A stretch of 64,000 bases of DNA from Chloroflexota bacterium (GCA_965221905.1 OZ244922.1:3136001-3200000); one strand, 5' to 3'. Shown: positions 1 through 11,074, counted from the first letter of the stretch. Notes: generated by a model from the sequence alone, not told the origin. Numbers and translations: made by a program.

Positions 1-170
1 TCATCTCCGTCGGACTTGAGCACGCGCGCCGCCGTACCGTATTCCTCATCGGACGCATGGCGCTCATGATGCTTATGATGGTCGCCATGAGCATCATGAT
101 GATGTGGATGATGGGTATGCTGCCGGGGCTTTGAGAGAAGCCTCTTCGCGAATTCTCTCAGCCCGATCAA
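1..170 (-). CDS. 5' part of a gene with a His-rich N-terminus, possibly a metal transporter (CDF-like); runs off the window
   Basis: Manual translation from TTG at 170: MIGLREFAKRLLSKPRQHTHHPHHHDAHGDHHKHHERHASDEEYGTAARVLKSDGD..., open to the window edge. Confidence 0.45.
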   Translation of the reverse strand, partial: MIGLREFAKRLLSKPRQHTHHPHHHDAHGDHHKHHERHASDEEYGTAARVLKSDGD

Positions 171-175
171 CAATG

Positions 176-207
176 GAGAAACCCGGTGCGCTCGCACCGG
201 GTTTCTC
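176..207 (-). terminator. Perfect 15-bp inverted repeat, probable terminator of the 601-aa gene
   Basis: GAGAAACCCGGTGCG-CT-CGCACCGGGTTTCTC, about 45 bp past the stop at 253. Confidence 0.6.
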
Positions 208-252
208 ATCATTCAGCCAGCTATGAGTCTAACCGCTAGCAAGACCGTCGTC

Positions 253-2058
253 CTACTGGAAATGGAACGCCACCTGATGTGAACCAGCGCTAAAGTCGGC
301 TACAGCGAAGACGTGCGACTCTCCACCCACGCTGCGCTGGGTAAGCTCCATGGGCTCCCCATCGAGCAGCACCTGTGCAACCTGCCGGCCGTCATAGTGC
401 GCCGGCAATGCCAACGTGCCACCGGGCAGTGTATCTTGCGCTTCAACGGTCACGTGTAGGACGCCGCCGGCAGCGTCCCAGCGCTGCTCAGTAAGTACGG
501 TTGCCCGCCGCTGCTCGTTGAACGTGCACCACGCATCGGTGCTTGGCACGGGCAATTCCTGCTGTGCCGCGTATTTCAAGACCGCCTCGAACCATCCCGC
601 CGTGCGGATGAACTGCCCGGTGTTCACCTTCACTCCGGTTGCGTAGATCGGGTGGAAGTACAGGTGCACCACCGTATGGAAGTGGTCGCAGGCCGCATCG
701 ATATACTCTTTGGAGGTAGCGATGGCCTGCTCCTCGCTCAACGGCGGCAGGAAGCTCTTGTCCACCAGCACGTAGTCGTCGCAAAAGAGCGTCTCCTGCT
801 CGAAGCATTCGATGAATTCGCCATCCTCATCGATAAACCGCATCGGCAGGCCGCTGCCGGTCAGGTAGCCGTATTGCAGGTGATCGCCCGCCCGGAAGTT
901 CGTATCCATCCGGAAACCGGCGTCGGCCAGTGCCTTGGCGGTTTCCACCCAGCCCGGCCAGATGACGCAGTGGTGGCGCGTGGTCTTAGGTGGATAGCCG
1001 TAGCGCTCCTCGAAGAGCGCGACCTCTTCTTGTATGCGGGTACGCATCTGCTCCACGGTCGGCTTTTGTGAATGCCAGATGTGAGGTCCTGCCGAGTGGC
1101 CCCGTTGCCGGTAGTCGCGCTCCATCTCCGGGGTGAGGTGCGGCAAGTGCTGCTCCATGAGGTAGACGGTGTACTCGCCGCCGTGGGCTTCCACCATGTT
1201 GGTGTACCACTCCATCTGCGGGCGGGTCATGCCGTCGCTATCACCGTTGAAGAGCACCATGGCCGGCGCCGCATCCGGGTAGTACCAGAGACGCGCCAGC
1301 GGCGCTTGCGGCGCGCAGGCCCAATCCAGAACCCGTACAAGCAATTGTTGCTGCAAGTCGGCTTGAGGCAGATCGAGCAATGTGCGGTCGCGGTAACCGA
1401 AGAATAGGTCGCTCGGGCAATATAAGCCATCACCGTCGGCATCGGGATTGGGGCCAGTGCTGGCTTGGTCGCGGCGGCCTTGGTGGAAGAGCACCGTGGA
1501 CGTTGCCAGGTCGTAGGTAAAGACCGCGAAGCGTCCCGCGCCATAGCTGCCGGTGACAATCGCCGGATACGGCAAGGCCCAATCGCGTCCGGCGATCCAG
1601 GCCAGCACGCGCTCACGCCCGCCAAATTCAGCGTACATGTCCGCCGTGCCGTGAAACTGCAAGAAATCGCCTACCGCCGCAAACCAAAGCGGATGATCCC
1701 GCTCCGGCGCGATATAGGCTTCATTCGCTGTGCGCCGCTGCTTTTTGCTAATGCCGAGTTCCGCAGCGGTCGCGGTGGAAGGACGTAAGAATACCACCGG
1801 CGTGCCCTGGCGCAGCGCCTCCAGCGCCGCCGCCTCCGCGCCGGTGTCCTCGCCGCACGGCGCGACAATCACCGCCTGCCTGCCTTCGAGCACACTTGCC
1901 TCCAGTGGCGTTTCCCGCACGTTCTGCTCTTCCGCGCCGGTCAACCCCTCGGCAAAGAGCATCTCCAAAACATAGCGCCCAAGCGGCGCGGCTTGAGGAT
2001 CATAGCAGCACAAAGGGGGGAGCGCAGTTGGCTGGTTACATGGTTTAATGTTCGCCAT
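253..2058 (-). CDS. Conserved hypothetical protein with a polysaccharide-deacetylase-like (NodB/GH57-type) domain
   Basis: 601 aa; NGDSD, H-x-G-x-H, RHH and FHP motifs typical of deacetylase-like barrels; C-terminal beta domain. Confidence 0.55.
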   Translation of the reverse strand: MANIKPCNQPTALPPLCCYDPQAAPLGRYVLEMLFAEGLTGAEEQNVRETPLEASVLEGRQAVIVAPCGEDTGAEAAALEALRQGTPVVFLRPSTATAAELGISKKQRRTANEAYIAPERDHPLWFAAVGDFLQFHGTADMYAEFGGRERVLAWIAGRDWALPYPAIVTGSYGAGRFAVFTYDLATSTVLFHQGRRDQASTGPNPDADGDGLYCPSDLFFGYRDRTLLDLPQADLQQQLLVRVLDWACAPQAPLARLWYYPDAAPAMVLFNGDSDGMTRPQMEWYTNMVEAHGGEYTVYLMEQHLPHLTPEMERDYRQRGHSAGPHIWHSQKPTVEQMRTRIQEEVALFEERYGYPPKTTRHHCVIWPGWVETAKALADAGFRMDTNFRAGDHLQYGYLTGSGLPMRFIDEDGEFIECFEQETLFCDDYVLVDKSFLPPLSEEQAIATSKEYIDAACDHFHTVVHLYFHPIYATGVKVNTGQFIRTAGWFEAVLKYAAQQELPVPSTDAWCTFNEQRRATVLTEQRWDAAGGVLHVTVEAQDTLPGGTLALPAHYDGRQVAQVLLDGEPMELTQRSVGGESHVFAVADFSAGSHQVAFHFQ

Positions 2059-2226
2059 TTCAAGCTAAGTAGCTTCCTTCCTGTTGAAAGACTCCAGTGT
2101 ACCTGCAGCAACACTGGGAATTGGGCATCCCAAAAACCAAGTCAGAAGATTCGCACTCAAGTATTGCTCCGAGGCTTTGGCTCAACTCCCGCGGCTCGCT
2201 TGCCTTACAATGCTCGGCTAGCTAAT

Positions 2227-3657
2227 TCACTTCTTCCAGGGATTTGGCAATCTCTCGAGTGCGTTTATATCATTGCCCACCGTAAGCTCCACCAAACCGA
2301 TTCTCACGTCTTCGCATCCTGATCGACACTCTCCCTGCCATGTGTCTCCTTCGCCGCGATACCAACCTGGGCCATAGCTAAACCAAACTGCGTTGCCCAT
2401 CCGGGACAAGAAGTCAATCTTGTCACGCAGCGGACCGTAGACATCACCTTTCAAGAACGTAGTCAAGATTGGACCTAGAAACACCGTTGACTCTAGATAC
2501 TTGCGCACGGTGCTGTTGACTTCGCTCCGGTAGTCTGAATTCATGAGGTACGCATAGACGAAACTGTCCCAATTCTCTGAATTCCCCACGTCCTTCACTT
2601 TGCCGCCAATTGCATCCAAGTATGCTACGTACACTGGATAAGCGCTATAGGCATACATGCGTAGAGCATCCCTAAGAAAGAGGTACATTGTAGAATCGCG
2701 ACTTAAGCCGCGGCTTTCCAATTGCAAATGAAGCATGTCATCCGGGCTTATGTCTCTGTTCCACGGCCATGTAATCACCTCAGGAGCAGTTGTTGGCGTT
2801 GGCGGCTGGGCAATCTCACCCAGCGATACCCATGCATTGCCGGTCAAGCGGTACGTAAGTTCGACTTCTTGCGAAGGGCAGCAATTGGCATCATCCGGCC
2901 CCAGTTGCCACGTCTGTAACGTAACGATTCCGTCTGAGATCGCCATTGAGTCGATCCGGATTTTGGCGCCTAGCAAGACGGATGCAACGTGCACCGGCAC
3001 GCCGCCTTCATTGCGAAGCGCTGTGAGATAGGTGAAGACGATGTTTCCACCCTCCCAAATGCCCGTTATTACCGCGGCATCGTCTATGCCGTCAGCATTG
3101 AGATCGCCAAAGGCAAAGGGGTGCTCGTCCCACATCCTTATCCATCTTGGGTGCTCGAGAATTGAACCGTTGGACTTATAGTGAAAAACGTCCTCATAGA
3201 TACCGTCTTTCAACCGCACACGCGCGTCATTGAAACCGAAAGTACTATGAAATAAGTCAGTCTGCAACTCCGCATTGCGCAAGGCGTCGCGGGTAAGTGC
3301 ACTCGTTGCTGCCAACCCAGTAATGGCGGCATAGTCGGCTTCCCACTCGAAGCGCTCGGTGTTGAGGCGTTGTTGCAGTCCATTGGGACCGTTCACCCAG
3401 GTGCGGTAGCCGTCAGTGAATGCAGTCCAATTGTCGGCCTTGCGCCAAGCCAGCAGGCCGCCTGTGGTGTGCTGGTTGCTATCGCCGATGACGTTGTAGT
3501 GCTCGTTATCCAGGCACTCACCGACAATGTCGTGTCCAATGAGGTCGCGCAGCGACTTGAATCCGAGCACGAATTGGCAGTCTGCCGCCAGAGAAACGCT
3601 GGGTGTTACCAGCAATAGCGCGATTCCCAGCAAGAGTGCTCTAATGGTTCGGCCCAC
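2227..3657 (-). CDS. Secreted protein: shared N-terminal domain, LppP/LprE-like domain, unknown C-terminus
   Basis: Signal peptide (LLLGIALLLVTPSVSLA); ADCQFVLGF...RLNTERFEWE domain shared with two other genes here; GDLNADG and PDDANCCPS motifs; GTG start at 3657 after GGGAG. Confidence 0.7.
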   Translation of the reverse strand: MGRTIRALLLGIALLLVTPSVSLAADCQFVLGFKSLRDLIGHDIVGECLDNEHYNVIGDSNQHTTGGLLAWRKADNWTAFTDGYRTWVNGPNGLQQRLNTERFEWEADYAAITGLAATSALTRDALRNAELQTDLFHSTFGFNDARVRLKDGIYEDVFHYKSNGSILEHPRWIRMWDEHPFAFGDLNADGIDDAAVITGIWEGGNIVFTYLTALRNEGGVPVHVASVLLGAKIRIDSMAISDGIVTLQTWQLGPDDANCCPSQEVELTYRLTGNAWVSLGEIAQPPTPTTAPEVITWPWNRDISPDDMLHLQLESRGLSRDSTMYLFLRDALRMYAYSAYPVYVAYLDAIGGKVKDVGNSENWDSFVYAYLMNSDYRSEVNSTVRKYLESTVFLGPILTTFLKGDVYGPLRDKIDFLSRMGNAVWFSYGPGWYRGEGDTWQGECRSGCEDVRIGLVELTVGNDINALERLPNPWKK

Positions 3658-3688
3658 TGGCTCCCTTTCCCAAGGCACACTTCTCCAG

Positions 3689-3721
3689 CCGTTCATGCTT
3701 CGAGAGGCTCAGCACGAACGG
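3689..3721. repeat. REP family A copy (CCGTTC...CTTCGAC-GCTCAGCACGAACGG)
   Basis: Same motif recurs about 10 times in the window. Confidence 0.75.
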
Positions 3722-3760
3722 ATAGGAGATGCAAGTAAGCTGGCGTCGAATTAGTTTAGC

Positions 3761-5059
3761 TCAGTTCACTGCGGCCAGTGACCGCAGTTCCGCCGCGTTC
3801 TCCTTCACCTTTACGAAGGCATCGGCGATGTCGTCCATGTCTTGCTTGGTACCCAGGAAGGGCGACTGTCCCATCCAGAGTGTCTCCTCCCGGCAGAGGC
3901 GCTCGGCTTCGGGGCATTCCACCTGGCGGTAGTCCATCTGCTTGCCGTAATAGTGGCTCGTGAGCGGGAAGCCGCTGCGCAGCGCGCCGTGCAGGGCGTC
4001 CTGGAACAGCGGATGCTTGTGCAGCGGACGCACGTAGCCGGTGCTGCAAGGAATCCCCTCGGCATTCACGGCCTTGGCAACGAGCTCGCGCGGCGCGCCC
4101 GCGAATTCCTCAGCGTTCATATACTTGAAGATGAAGATGTGGAGCGCATTGCGCTTCACGAATGGATCGACGCGCACGTTCGCCAGTCCCTCGATCTCAG
4201 CCAGACGTGAAGCGAGATATGTCGAATTCTCCGCCCGACGCGCCGCCCAGCCTTCCAAATGACCAAACTGGGAGTGCAGGATCGCGCCCATGATTTCGGA
4301 CATGCGGTAGTTCCAAGAGAGCACCGGAAACTGCGTGTCCCCCGGCTGATTGTAAATATCGTCCTCGAGCTCCACGTGCGAGCGCCAGAAGTCGTGGTAG
4401 TAGACTGCGCGCTTGTAAATATCCTCGTTGTTGGTCGTCACGCAGCCGCCCTCGCCGCTGGTGAGGTTCTTACCGGCCTGAAAGCTCCAACCGGCCGCGT
4501 CGCCCAGCGAACCGAGCTTGCCCTGCGCATGCATGCCGCCGTGGGCGTGGGCGCAGTCTTCCAGCACGAGCAGATTGTGCTTACGCGCAATAGCGTTGAT
4601 CGCGTCCATGTCGGCGGCCATTCCGCCGAAGTGCACGGCAAAGATCGCCCGCGTCTTATCGGTAATGTGGTCTTCGATCAAGGCGGGATTGAGGTTGTAG
4701 GTTTCCGGGTCGATGTCCACGAAGACCGGTACCGCCCCCACCTGCAGCGGCGCGCTGGTCGTCGCCATGAAGGAATACGGCGGCACGATGACTTCATCGC
4801 CGATCTCGACGCCGGCGGCAAGCACGGCCACCTCCAGAGCGGCGGTGCCGCTGCTCACGCAGAGGCCGTAGTCGCAATCGTGGTAGCGCGCAAACTGCTG
4901 CTCGAACTCCCGCGTGCGCGTGCCGTCGCGCCGCCGGTTCCAGCGCGCGCTGCGCAGCACGTCCGTCACCGCGTCAATCGTCTCTTCCCCAACCTGCGGC
5001 CAGCTCGAAAATCCTGTCTGGCGGAGCTTCGGCCCACCATTGATGGCTAGTTTTGCCAC
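3761..5059 (-). CDS. DegT/DnrJ/EryC1/StrS family PLP-dependent aminotransferase
   Basis: SSGTAAL, EDCAHAHG, SFQAGKNLTSGEGG (PLP lysine) and NYRMSE motifs. Confidence 0.92.
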   Translation of the reverse strand: MAKLAINGGPKLRQTGFSSWPQVGEETIDAVTDVLRSARWNRRRDGTRTREFEQQFARYHDCDYGLCVSSGTAALEVAVLAAGVEIGDEVIVPPYSFMATTSAPLQVGAVPVFVDIDPETYNLNPALIEDHITDKTRAIFAVHFGGMAADMDAINAIARKHNLLVLEDCAHAHGGMHAQGKLGSLGDAAGWSFQAGKNLTSGEGGCVTTNNEDIYKRAVYYHDFWRSHVELEDDIYNQPGDTQFPVLSWNYRMSEIMGAILHSQFGHLEGWAARRAENSTYLASRLAEIEGLANVRVDPFVKRNALHIFIFKYMNAEEFAGAPRELVAKAVNAEGIPCSTGYVRPLHKHPLFQDALHGALRSGFPLTSHYYGKQMDYRQVECPEAERLCREETLWMGQSPFLGTKQDMDDIADAFVKVKENAAELRSLAAVN

Positions 5060-5309
5060 GGCAAATAAGCCTCGCTTTCTAAATGTCACAACATTCATTA
5101 TGGTCGCCAGTGTGCCCTATAGTATCATGACAGCAAGGCTAAGAAAGGAAAGTAAAAAAATGCCCCACACTGAAGCTCTGCGAAGCTGCCCTTTTATCTA
5201 GGTAAAAGGCAGTACAGTCTCAAAACCCAATCGGTACGTATTGAACGAGTGCAAGGTCTTTGGTAGTATGTGCTTCCGGCGTCATCTTGACTCATTAGGA
5301 GTGTGGGTA

Positions 5310-5972
5310 GTGGCAACCAGAATTGTAGACGTACTTAAAGTGGACCTAGCGTTTGCCGGGATTATGCTGCTCAGAGATTTCGATGAAGTAGAGTCATTTA
5401 GACGGTCAATTGATGCTGATGCAGTAGTCAACGATAAAGGACCTCTCAGTTTTAGCAAGCGGATCTTGCTCGGTAGAGAGCGAATAATACTGGAGTCTGA
5501 CATAACCCCTTCATTCCAAACTACACTAAGTAGAGAGTACCCTACATTTGATGGTTTGGGACGCTTAGCTGAAGTTGCGCGCTGTGCAATTGTAGAGACG
5601 AATTTGAGCGACCAACAATTGCAAGGCTACATTTGCAGAATTGACCTAATCTACGATCAAGACTCGGGCCTGCCAGCAGCAACTTACTTGGCAAACCGGC
5701 TATTCGCCCCTAATCTCCAATGCTATGAAGGTTGGGATCTAAGAGAAGGCTCATGTCGAATGATATTTGCGGAAGGTGAGAACCAGTGGGCCATTTTTGT
5801 TGAACCGCGATTTGGCAATGAGGAAACAAATACCGTCTATCTCTCCGTTGCACGTCGCATGGATGAACAGTCTATCCCCGAGCAAAGTCAAATCGAGGAA
5901 ACTCTAAGAGAAGTCTGGATTAAATCCCAAGACTTCATAAACAGACTGGATGAGGAGATTGGCAGTGCTTGA
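5310..5972 (+). CDS. Hypothetical protein, TIGR04255-like; first gene of an AT-richer three-gene cassette
   Basis: ORF track 5241-5972; GTG at 5310 follows AGGAG; family call is by recalled resemblance only. Confidence 0.5.
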   Translation: MATRIVDVLKVDLAFAGIMLLRDFDEVESFRRSIDADAVVNDKGPLSFSKRILLGRERIILESDITPSFQTTLSREYPTFDGLGRLAEVARCAIVETNLSDQQLQGYICRIDLIYDQDSGLPAATYLANRLFAPNLQCYEGWDLREGSCRMIFAEGENQWAIFVEPRFGNEETNTVYLSVARRMDEQSIPEQSQIEETLREVWIKSQDFINRLDEEIGSA

Positions 5973-6639
5973 AAGCATTGTTGCGCCGACAGCTACGAAC
6001 CCCCACAAGTCATCAGTGTTTCATTTTGATAGCCTGAGTCCTTCAGATAACTATTCCCTTGCCACGTCAGTGTTAAGAATCGAATTCAAGTGGCAAGACC
6101 TAAGTACTCACAAAGGGGCTACCGATGCAATTGGTAGGAGCATGCCTATCGCTACTCTGAGGGCGTATCCTTGGAATGACCTCCTCAATGCCAATTTAGA
6201 GCAGAGCGACATCCTTATTCACTCCTTTCAAGTTGGTGTTCCAGCCTCTAGCGTTGCGGGTTTCTCAAGAGGGAGGGCAATCCCTCCAGATCTATCTGAT
6301 GCCCTGGAAGAACATCAACACGCAACCAATGAAGCTGAAGAGGAAGGATTCCCATTACCGTCCGATTTGGCATTGACCAATTCCGAGCGCCTATTGAGGA
6401 AAATGCACAAGATTTCGCCGCAACAATATGAAGTGTACCCCACACCGGACGCTGAAATTGCCATCCGAGCTATGGCTCCGAGAAGGTCAGTCATATTGCT
6501 TTGCGATTCATTGGGGGGAGCATTGTGCCTAGTCAACCTGAACAGTGGTCGTAGGCGCAAAAGGTACCCTAATACCGATGCTTTGCCGGACAGCTTCTTA
6601 GGAGAGGCTCTATTGGACTTGAATAGCGAGAGCATCTAA
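5950..6639 (+). CDS. Hypothetical protein, antitoxin-like middle gene of the cassette
   Basis: 229 aa, overlaps the upstream gene; C-terminal EEEGFPLPS...YPTPDAEIAI domain. Confidence 0.55.
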   Translation: MRRLAVLESIVAPTATNPHKSSVFHFDSLSPSDNYSLATSVLRIEFKWQDLSTHKGATDAIGRSMPIATLRAYPWNDLLNANLEQSDILIHSFQVGVPASSVAGFSRGRAIPPDLSDALEEHQHATNEAEEEGFPLPSDLALTNSERLLRKMHKISPQQYEVYPTPDAEIAIRAMAPRRSVILLCDSLGGALCLVNLNSGRRRKRYPNTDALPDSFLGEALLDLNSESI

Positions 6640-6645
6640 TTCTCC

Positions 6646-7071
6646 ATGGAAGCGCTAGAAGGCATTGAGGCAGCTGAAGAACTTGGCAGAGGCGTCTCAT
6701 CAAGTGGTGACGCAAGGAAACTAAGGAATACAAAGGCTAAGCACTCGCGGGCTAAACACTATTCTTTCTTGCCAAGAAAAGGTGTGGTTGAATTATCAGT
6801 TGACAGGCTAAGTCTTGCGGGGCCTGCGCAGGCAACTGCAATCGCGGATAACCGAGACCGAGCACGTGACCGCAAGTTTTATGGATGGTTGGTTGTTGGT
6901 GCAATGGAGGCAGCGCGTGAGGGACGCTGAGTAGTTGCGTCTCCATTTTCAGGCAACCCATATCACGCTGACATAGTTCTTCCCAGCGAAGCAGCTACAG
7001 ATCGGGACGAACAAAACCACCACGCCCAACAGCTTGCAGACTCCTCATGTTGGCTTGAAGCTATCAGATAG
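6646..7071 (+). pseudogene. ADP-ribosyltransferase-like toxin gene interrupted by an in-frame TGA at 6928-6930
   Basis: Frame continues past TGA: REGR*VVASPFSGNPYHADIVLPSEAATDRDEQNHHAQQLADSSCWLEAIR*; R...F...LSVDR...NPYHA pattern. Confidence 0.6.
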
Positions 7072-7139
7072 CCTGGCTACTTTCCAACGCCATTTGGAAC
7101 GCCTCACTGTGTGCATCTTCGCCCTAAAATGGAGTGCCA

Positions 7140-8279
7140 ATGAAAATCGTAGACATGAACGTACGCACCTTCACGTACTCATCCCACATCGTGCGGGACG
7201 CTGAGGGGCACACACATCCCGGGCCTGAGCACGAGGCCGCCCAATCGCTGCTCACCGTGGTCACGGATGACGGTGCCACCGGCTACTGCTTTGGAGCGCC
7301 AAGCCCTCGCGTGCTGGAGGACGTCATCAAGCCCGCCATTATCGGGGAAGACCCCATGTACCGCGAGCGCATCTGGAAGACTCTCCACCACTGGCAGCGC
7401 ATGTCCCGCGACCTAACCGACCGCGCGCTCGGCGCGGTGGACATGGCGATCTGGGACCTGGTGGGACGCGCCTTGGGCCAGCCGGTCTACAAGCTGCTCG
7501 GCGCGACCCGCGACAAAGTGCCGGCCTACGCCAGCACCATGTGCGGCGACGAGATTCCGGGCGGTTTGAGCACGCCGGAGGAGTATGGGCAGTTTGCGTT
7601 GCAGTGCAAAGAGCGCGGCTATCCGGCGTTCAAGCTGCATACCTGGATGCCGCCTATCGCCTGGGCGCCCGCTCCCAAGATGGATATTGCCGCCTGTGCT
7701 GCCGTGCGTAAGGCCGTGGGGGACGAGATGGACCTCATGCTCGACTGCTATCATTTCTACAGCCGCACGGAAGCGCTCTCCATCGGCAGAGCGCTGGAAG
7801 AGCTAGGCTACTACTGGCTCGAAGAGCCCATGGACGAATTCAGCACGTCGTCGTACATCTGGCTTGCCGATCAGCTCGATATCCCCGTGGTGGGGCCGGA
7901 AACCGCCGACGGCAAGATGTACACGCGCGCTGAGTGGATTGCTCGCGGCGCGGCCGACATCAGCCGGGGCGGCGTGAGCGACGTGGGCGGCATTACGCCC
8001 CTCATGAAGGTCGTCCACCTCTGCGAGGCATTCAACGTACAGATGGAGGTGCACGGCGGCGGGCCCGGCAACTTGCACGCGCTCTGCGCCATGAACTATC
8101 CCGGCAAGTACTACGAGCGCGGCCTGCTGCATCCCCACATTGACTACGAGGAACTCGAGCCCTGGCTGAATAGCAAGACTGACCCCATGGACAACGCGGG
8201 CTGCGTCCACATCTCCCAAGCGCCCGGCCTCGGCTGGGACATCAACTGGGACTACATCGACGCCCACACGGTGTCGTAG
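7140..8279 (+). CDS. Mandelate racemase/muconate lactonizing enzyme family (enolase superfamily) dehydratase
   Basis: AVDMAIWDL-G-ALGQPVYKLLG, KxH, metal ligands D/EEP/E, PGLG. Confidence 0.9.
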   Translation: MKIVDMNVRTFTYSSHIVRDAEGHTHPGPEHEAAQSLLTVVTDDGATGYCFGAPSPRVLEDVIKPAIIGEDPMYRERIWKTLHHWQRMSRDLTDRALGAVDMAIWDLVGRALGQPVYKLLGATRDKVPAYASTMCGDEIPGGLSTPEEYGQFALQCKERGYPAFKLHTWMPPIAWAPAPKMDIAACAAVRKAVGDEMDLMLDCYHFYSRTEALSIGRALEELGYYWLEEPMDEFSTSSYIWLADQLDIPVVGPETADGKMYTRAEWIARGAADISRGGVSDVGGITPLMKVVHLCEAFNVQMEVHGGGPGNLHALCAMNYPGKYYERGLLHPHIDYEELEPWLNSKTDPMDNAGCVHISQAPGLGWDINWDYIDAHTVS

Positions 8280-8434
8280 CTGCAGACAGTGCCAAAGTCC
8301 TCGCTGCAGAGGAGCGGGTCGTTGGGATAGCCTCTCGTCGCTCTTGATCGAGAGGCTTCGCACGCTGTAGAAATTGTGGGCCTGCAAATGGAAGGCCCTA
8401 CTCTCTCAGCTAAACTGACACCGTCACGCGTCAT

Positions 8435-11074
8435 TCAAGAAGGCTGCGGCGTAGGCGACGGTGTAGGTTCTGGAGTTGGCGTCGGTGCAGGCGTAGGTGT
8501 AGGCGTAGGTGTCGGTGAGGGTGTAGGCGTAGGTGTCGGTGAGGGTGTAGGCGTCGGTGTTGGTGTGGGTGTAGGCGTCGGTGTTGGCGTAGGCGTAGGT
8601 GTAGGTGTAGGTGTAGGTGTAGGTGTAGGTGTAGGTGTAGGCGTAGGTGTTGGCGTCGGTGTTGGCGTCGGTGTTGGCGTCGGTGTTGGCGTGGGCGCTA
8701 GTGTCGGTGTTGGCGTCGGTGTCGGCGGGCCATTAGGACAAGAAATCGAGAGGGTGGCAGTCCCACTCCAGTCAGACCATGCCTCACGATATTTTACGCC
8801 ATCACCGTATGCCCGTATACTCCCACCGAAACTATAGCCCTTGCCGAGATCGCCCGGGTAGCAATAATCCAAGGTACTACTCGGTCTTTGATCTCCTGCC
8901 CACGTTATTGTGTGACCTCCGACGGATCTCCATTCTGCCTTCGCGACTCCATCCGCCCACGAAATACTGGATGTGACCGTATATATTGGCAAGTCCGTCC
9001 ACGCGATATAATTCGCTTCGTTTAGTTCAGAGGTAACGGAATACGACGGGACCGGAGGCAGCGGCAGGGCTGCCTGAGTCGGATTTGGCGTGGGTGTCGG
9101 TGATGGCGTTGGGACCACAGTAGGCATGGGTGTTGGCGTTGGTATCGAATTCGGAGGACCCGGACACGTCAGACTGAGCGAGCGTGAGATACCCCATCTC
9201 GACCATGCCGCCCGGAACGTCACGCCATCGCCAAACACCCGCAGTCTTACGCCTACAAGCGCGGTTTTGCCGGCTTCGACAGGCCAACACACCATGATGC
9301 TCGTGGGCAGCGCTTGTCCCGCAGTGTACGTGGCACTGCCGACAATGCCATCGGTCTCTATCGAGGTGATACCGTTCGGCAACCAATAACTCCAACTGAG
9401 CACTACTACAGGCTGGATCGACCACGCATCATAGTTTTCTTGGTGAATTGAATCGCTAAGCCCAAGCACAATCGGCTCCGGCGGAGGAGACAATGGTCCT
9501 GTCGTTGGCGGTGGCGTGGGTGTCGGTGTCGGTGTTATCGTCGGCGTTGGTGACGAGGTCGGCCGATTTGGACAATTCACGGTGATGCTGGCGGGGCTAC
9601 TCCACTCCCCCCATGCCGCTCGGTACTTCACACCATCGCCATACGCCCGGAAGCTCACAGAGTAACTCTTGGTCTTGCCCGCATCCTCGATCATGCACGC
9701 CCAGACGTGCTTTATTTGGGATTGCCACTGTGAATACGGGCCCCCTTGTACATAGATGCCTTCTCTTTCAACCAAGATGACGCCCTCCGGCCACGCAAAG
9801 TCCCACGTAACCACGAGTACAGGACCTTCGGACGACCAATTATAGTAATGCAACTCGACAATGTAATGGTCAAAGGACACCGATAATTGTGGTGGCACCG
9901 GCAAGGCTTCTTGACCCGGAACCAGCGTAGGCGTGGGCGTTGGCCCCGGTACGTGAGGAAGCCCCGGCCACGGGCAAGCCATACGAAGGTTTAGTTCACG
10001 CCTTTCCCCTTGGCCCAATCGGTACGTTACGCCGTCGCCAATGGAGTTTATTCTCACCCAAAAGGTCTGATGCTGACCTGCCTCAGATGCGGTGCAAACG
10101 TAGGCGTGATAGTACTGAGTATTGCCGTCGACTGCGAACAGCGTAAAGCCCGGGCCGCCCGCCCATGTCCAGTCGAAGCCGATGTTGGGCGCCCTTGCAA
10201 TCGCTACCACGACTTCCACCAGCTTGCCCTCCGAGTTTGCGGCGCGGGTGGTGATGCCCGCAGTGTGGGCGGGCGCCAGCGGCAGCGTGGGGTCGACAGT
10301 GCATGTAACTGTGTGTTTCACGGTATGCTCAGGCGACCATGCGGCTTGATAGCGTACACCGTCACCAAAGACCGAGAATGTGACGTCATGCTCCAGCACT
10401 TTGCCGGCCTGGTCGGCACTGCAAACGGTGACGATGATGCCATGAGAAAGGGCGTTGGCACTGTCTCGCGTGACCGGACCCTCGCCGAAGCCGAAGTCGC
10501 TCGTAACTTTGAATGATGAAATACCGTCCAGCCAGGAATAGCTAGCCGTAACACTGATGAGATCCGTGGACGGCGGGAAGACATTAGGCGCATTGGTCAC
10601 TGTCGCGTGGGTGGGGGCCGGCGGCAGCGGCAACGTTCCGTCCGTCGGTGCCGTTGCAGGAGGGGGCAAAGTTATCGGGCCAGGCGTGGTGGGCGCCGTC
10701 GCGCCGGTTTGTGTGGCTATGCCGCCGCCGGGCGCGTAATCCGGCTCCCACGGATACCGCTCGGCGTTCAGGCGCTTCTGCAATCCAATGGGGCCGTTGA
10801 CCCAGGTGTGGTGGCCGTCGGTGAAGGCGGTGTGGTTGTCGGCTTTGCGCCAGACCAGGAGACCGCCGGTCGTCTTCTGCGTGCTGTCTCCATTGTCGCT
10901 GTAGTGCTCGTTCTCCAAGCACTCACCCACAATCTCATGGCCGATGATATCGCGTAGGGCCTTGAAACCGAGGACAAACTCACAGTCGACAGCCATTACC
11001 GACGCCAGCGTCAGTGTCAAGACAAACAGCCCAAGCAACAGCCCTGCAGAGGCCCGCCGCAAGCGTATTGGCAC
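8435..11074 (-). CDS. Large secreted/surface protein: shared N-terminal domain, 5 Cys-pair FN3-like modules, Pro-Thr tail
   Basis: 879 aa; signal peptide; repeated C...AG...GDGVxYR..W..W...CP modules; C-terminal (PT)n tract. Confidence 0.8.
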   Translation of the reverse strand: MPIRLRRASAGLLLGLFVLTLTLASVMAVDCEFVLGFKALRDIIGHEIVGECLENEHYSDNGDSTQKTTGGLLVWRKADNHTAFTDGHHTWVNGPIGLQKRLNAERYPWEPDYAPGGGIATQTGATAPTTPGPITLPPPATAPTDGTLPLPPAPTHATVTNAPNVFPPSTDLISVTASYSWLDGISSFKVTSDFGFGEGPVTRDSANALSHGIIVTVCSADQAGKVLEHDVTFSVFGDGVRYQAAWSPEHTVKHTVTCTVDPTLPLAPAHTAGITTRAANSEGKLVEVVVAIARAPNIGFDWTWAGGPGFTLFAVDGNTQYYHAYVCTASEAGQHQTFWVRINSIGDGVTYRLGQGERRELNLRMACPWPGLPHVPGPTPTPTLVPGQEALPVPPQLSVSFDHYIVELHYYNWSSEGPVLVVTWDFAWPEGVILVEREGIYVQGGPYSQWQSQIKHVWACMIEDAGKTKSYSVSFRAYGDGVKYRAAWGEWSSPASITVNCPNRPTSSPTPTITPTPTPTPPPTTGPLSPPPEPIVLGLSDSIHQENYDAWSIQPVVVLSWSYWLPNGITSIETDGIVGSATYTAGQALPTSIMVCWPVEAGKTALVGVRLRVFGDGVTFRAAWSRWGISRSLSLTCPGPPNSIPTPTPMPTVVPTPSPTPTPNPTQAALPLPPVPSYSVTSELNEANYIAWTDLPIYTVTSSISWADGVAKAEWRSVGGHTITWAGDQRPSSTLDYCYPGDLGKGYSFGGSIRAYGDGVKYREAWSDWSGTATLSISCPNGPPTPTPTPTLAPTPTPTPTPTPTPTPTPTPTPTPTPTPTPTPTPTPTPTPTPTPTPTPTPTPSPTPTPTPSPTPTPTPTPAPTPTPEPTPSPTPQPS
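8450..8725. repeat. Hexanucleotide coding microsatellite encoding (Pro-Thr)n
   Basis: Runs of GTAGGT/GTTGGC/GTCGGT, with a perfect (GTAGGT)n stretch near 8596-8640. Confidence 0.85.

Noticed and set aside
6928-6930. In-frame TGA as selenocysteine in the ART-like gene
   Set aside because: Not in a Cys-type motif and no G-loop SECIS-like hairpin follows; a nonsense mutation is more likely
8376-8837. Gly-Val repeat ORFs on the plus strand (also 9090, 11852, 12594)
   Set aside because: Antisense shadows of the Pro-Thr tracts
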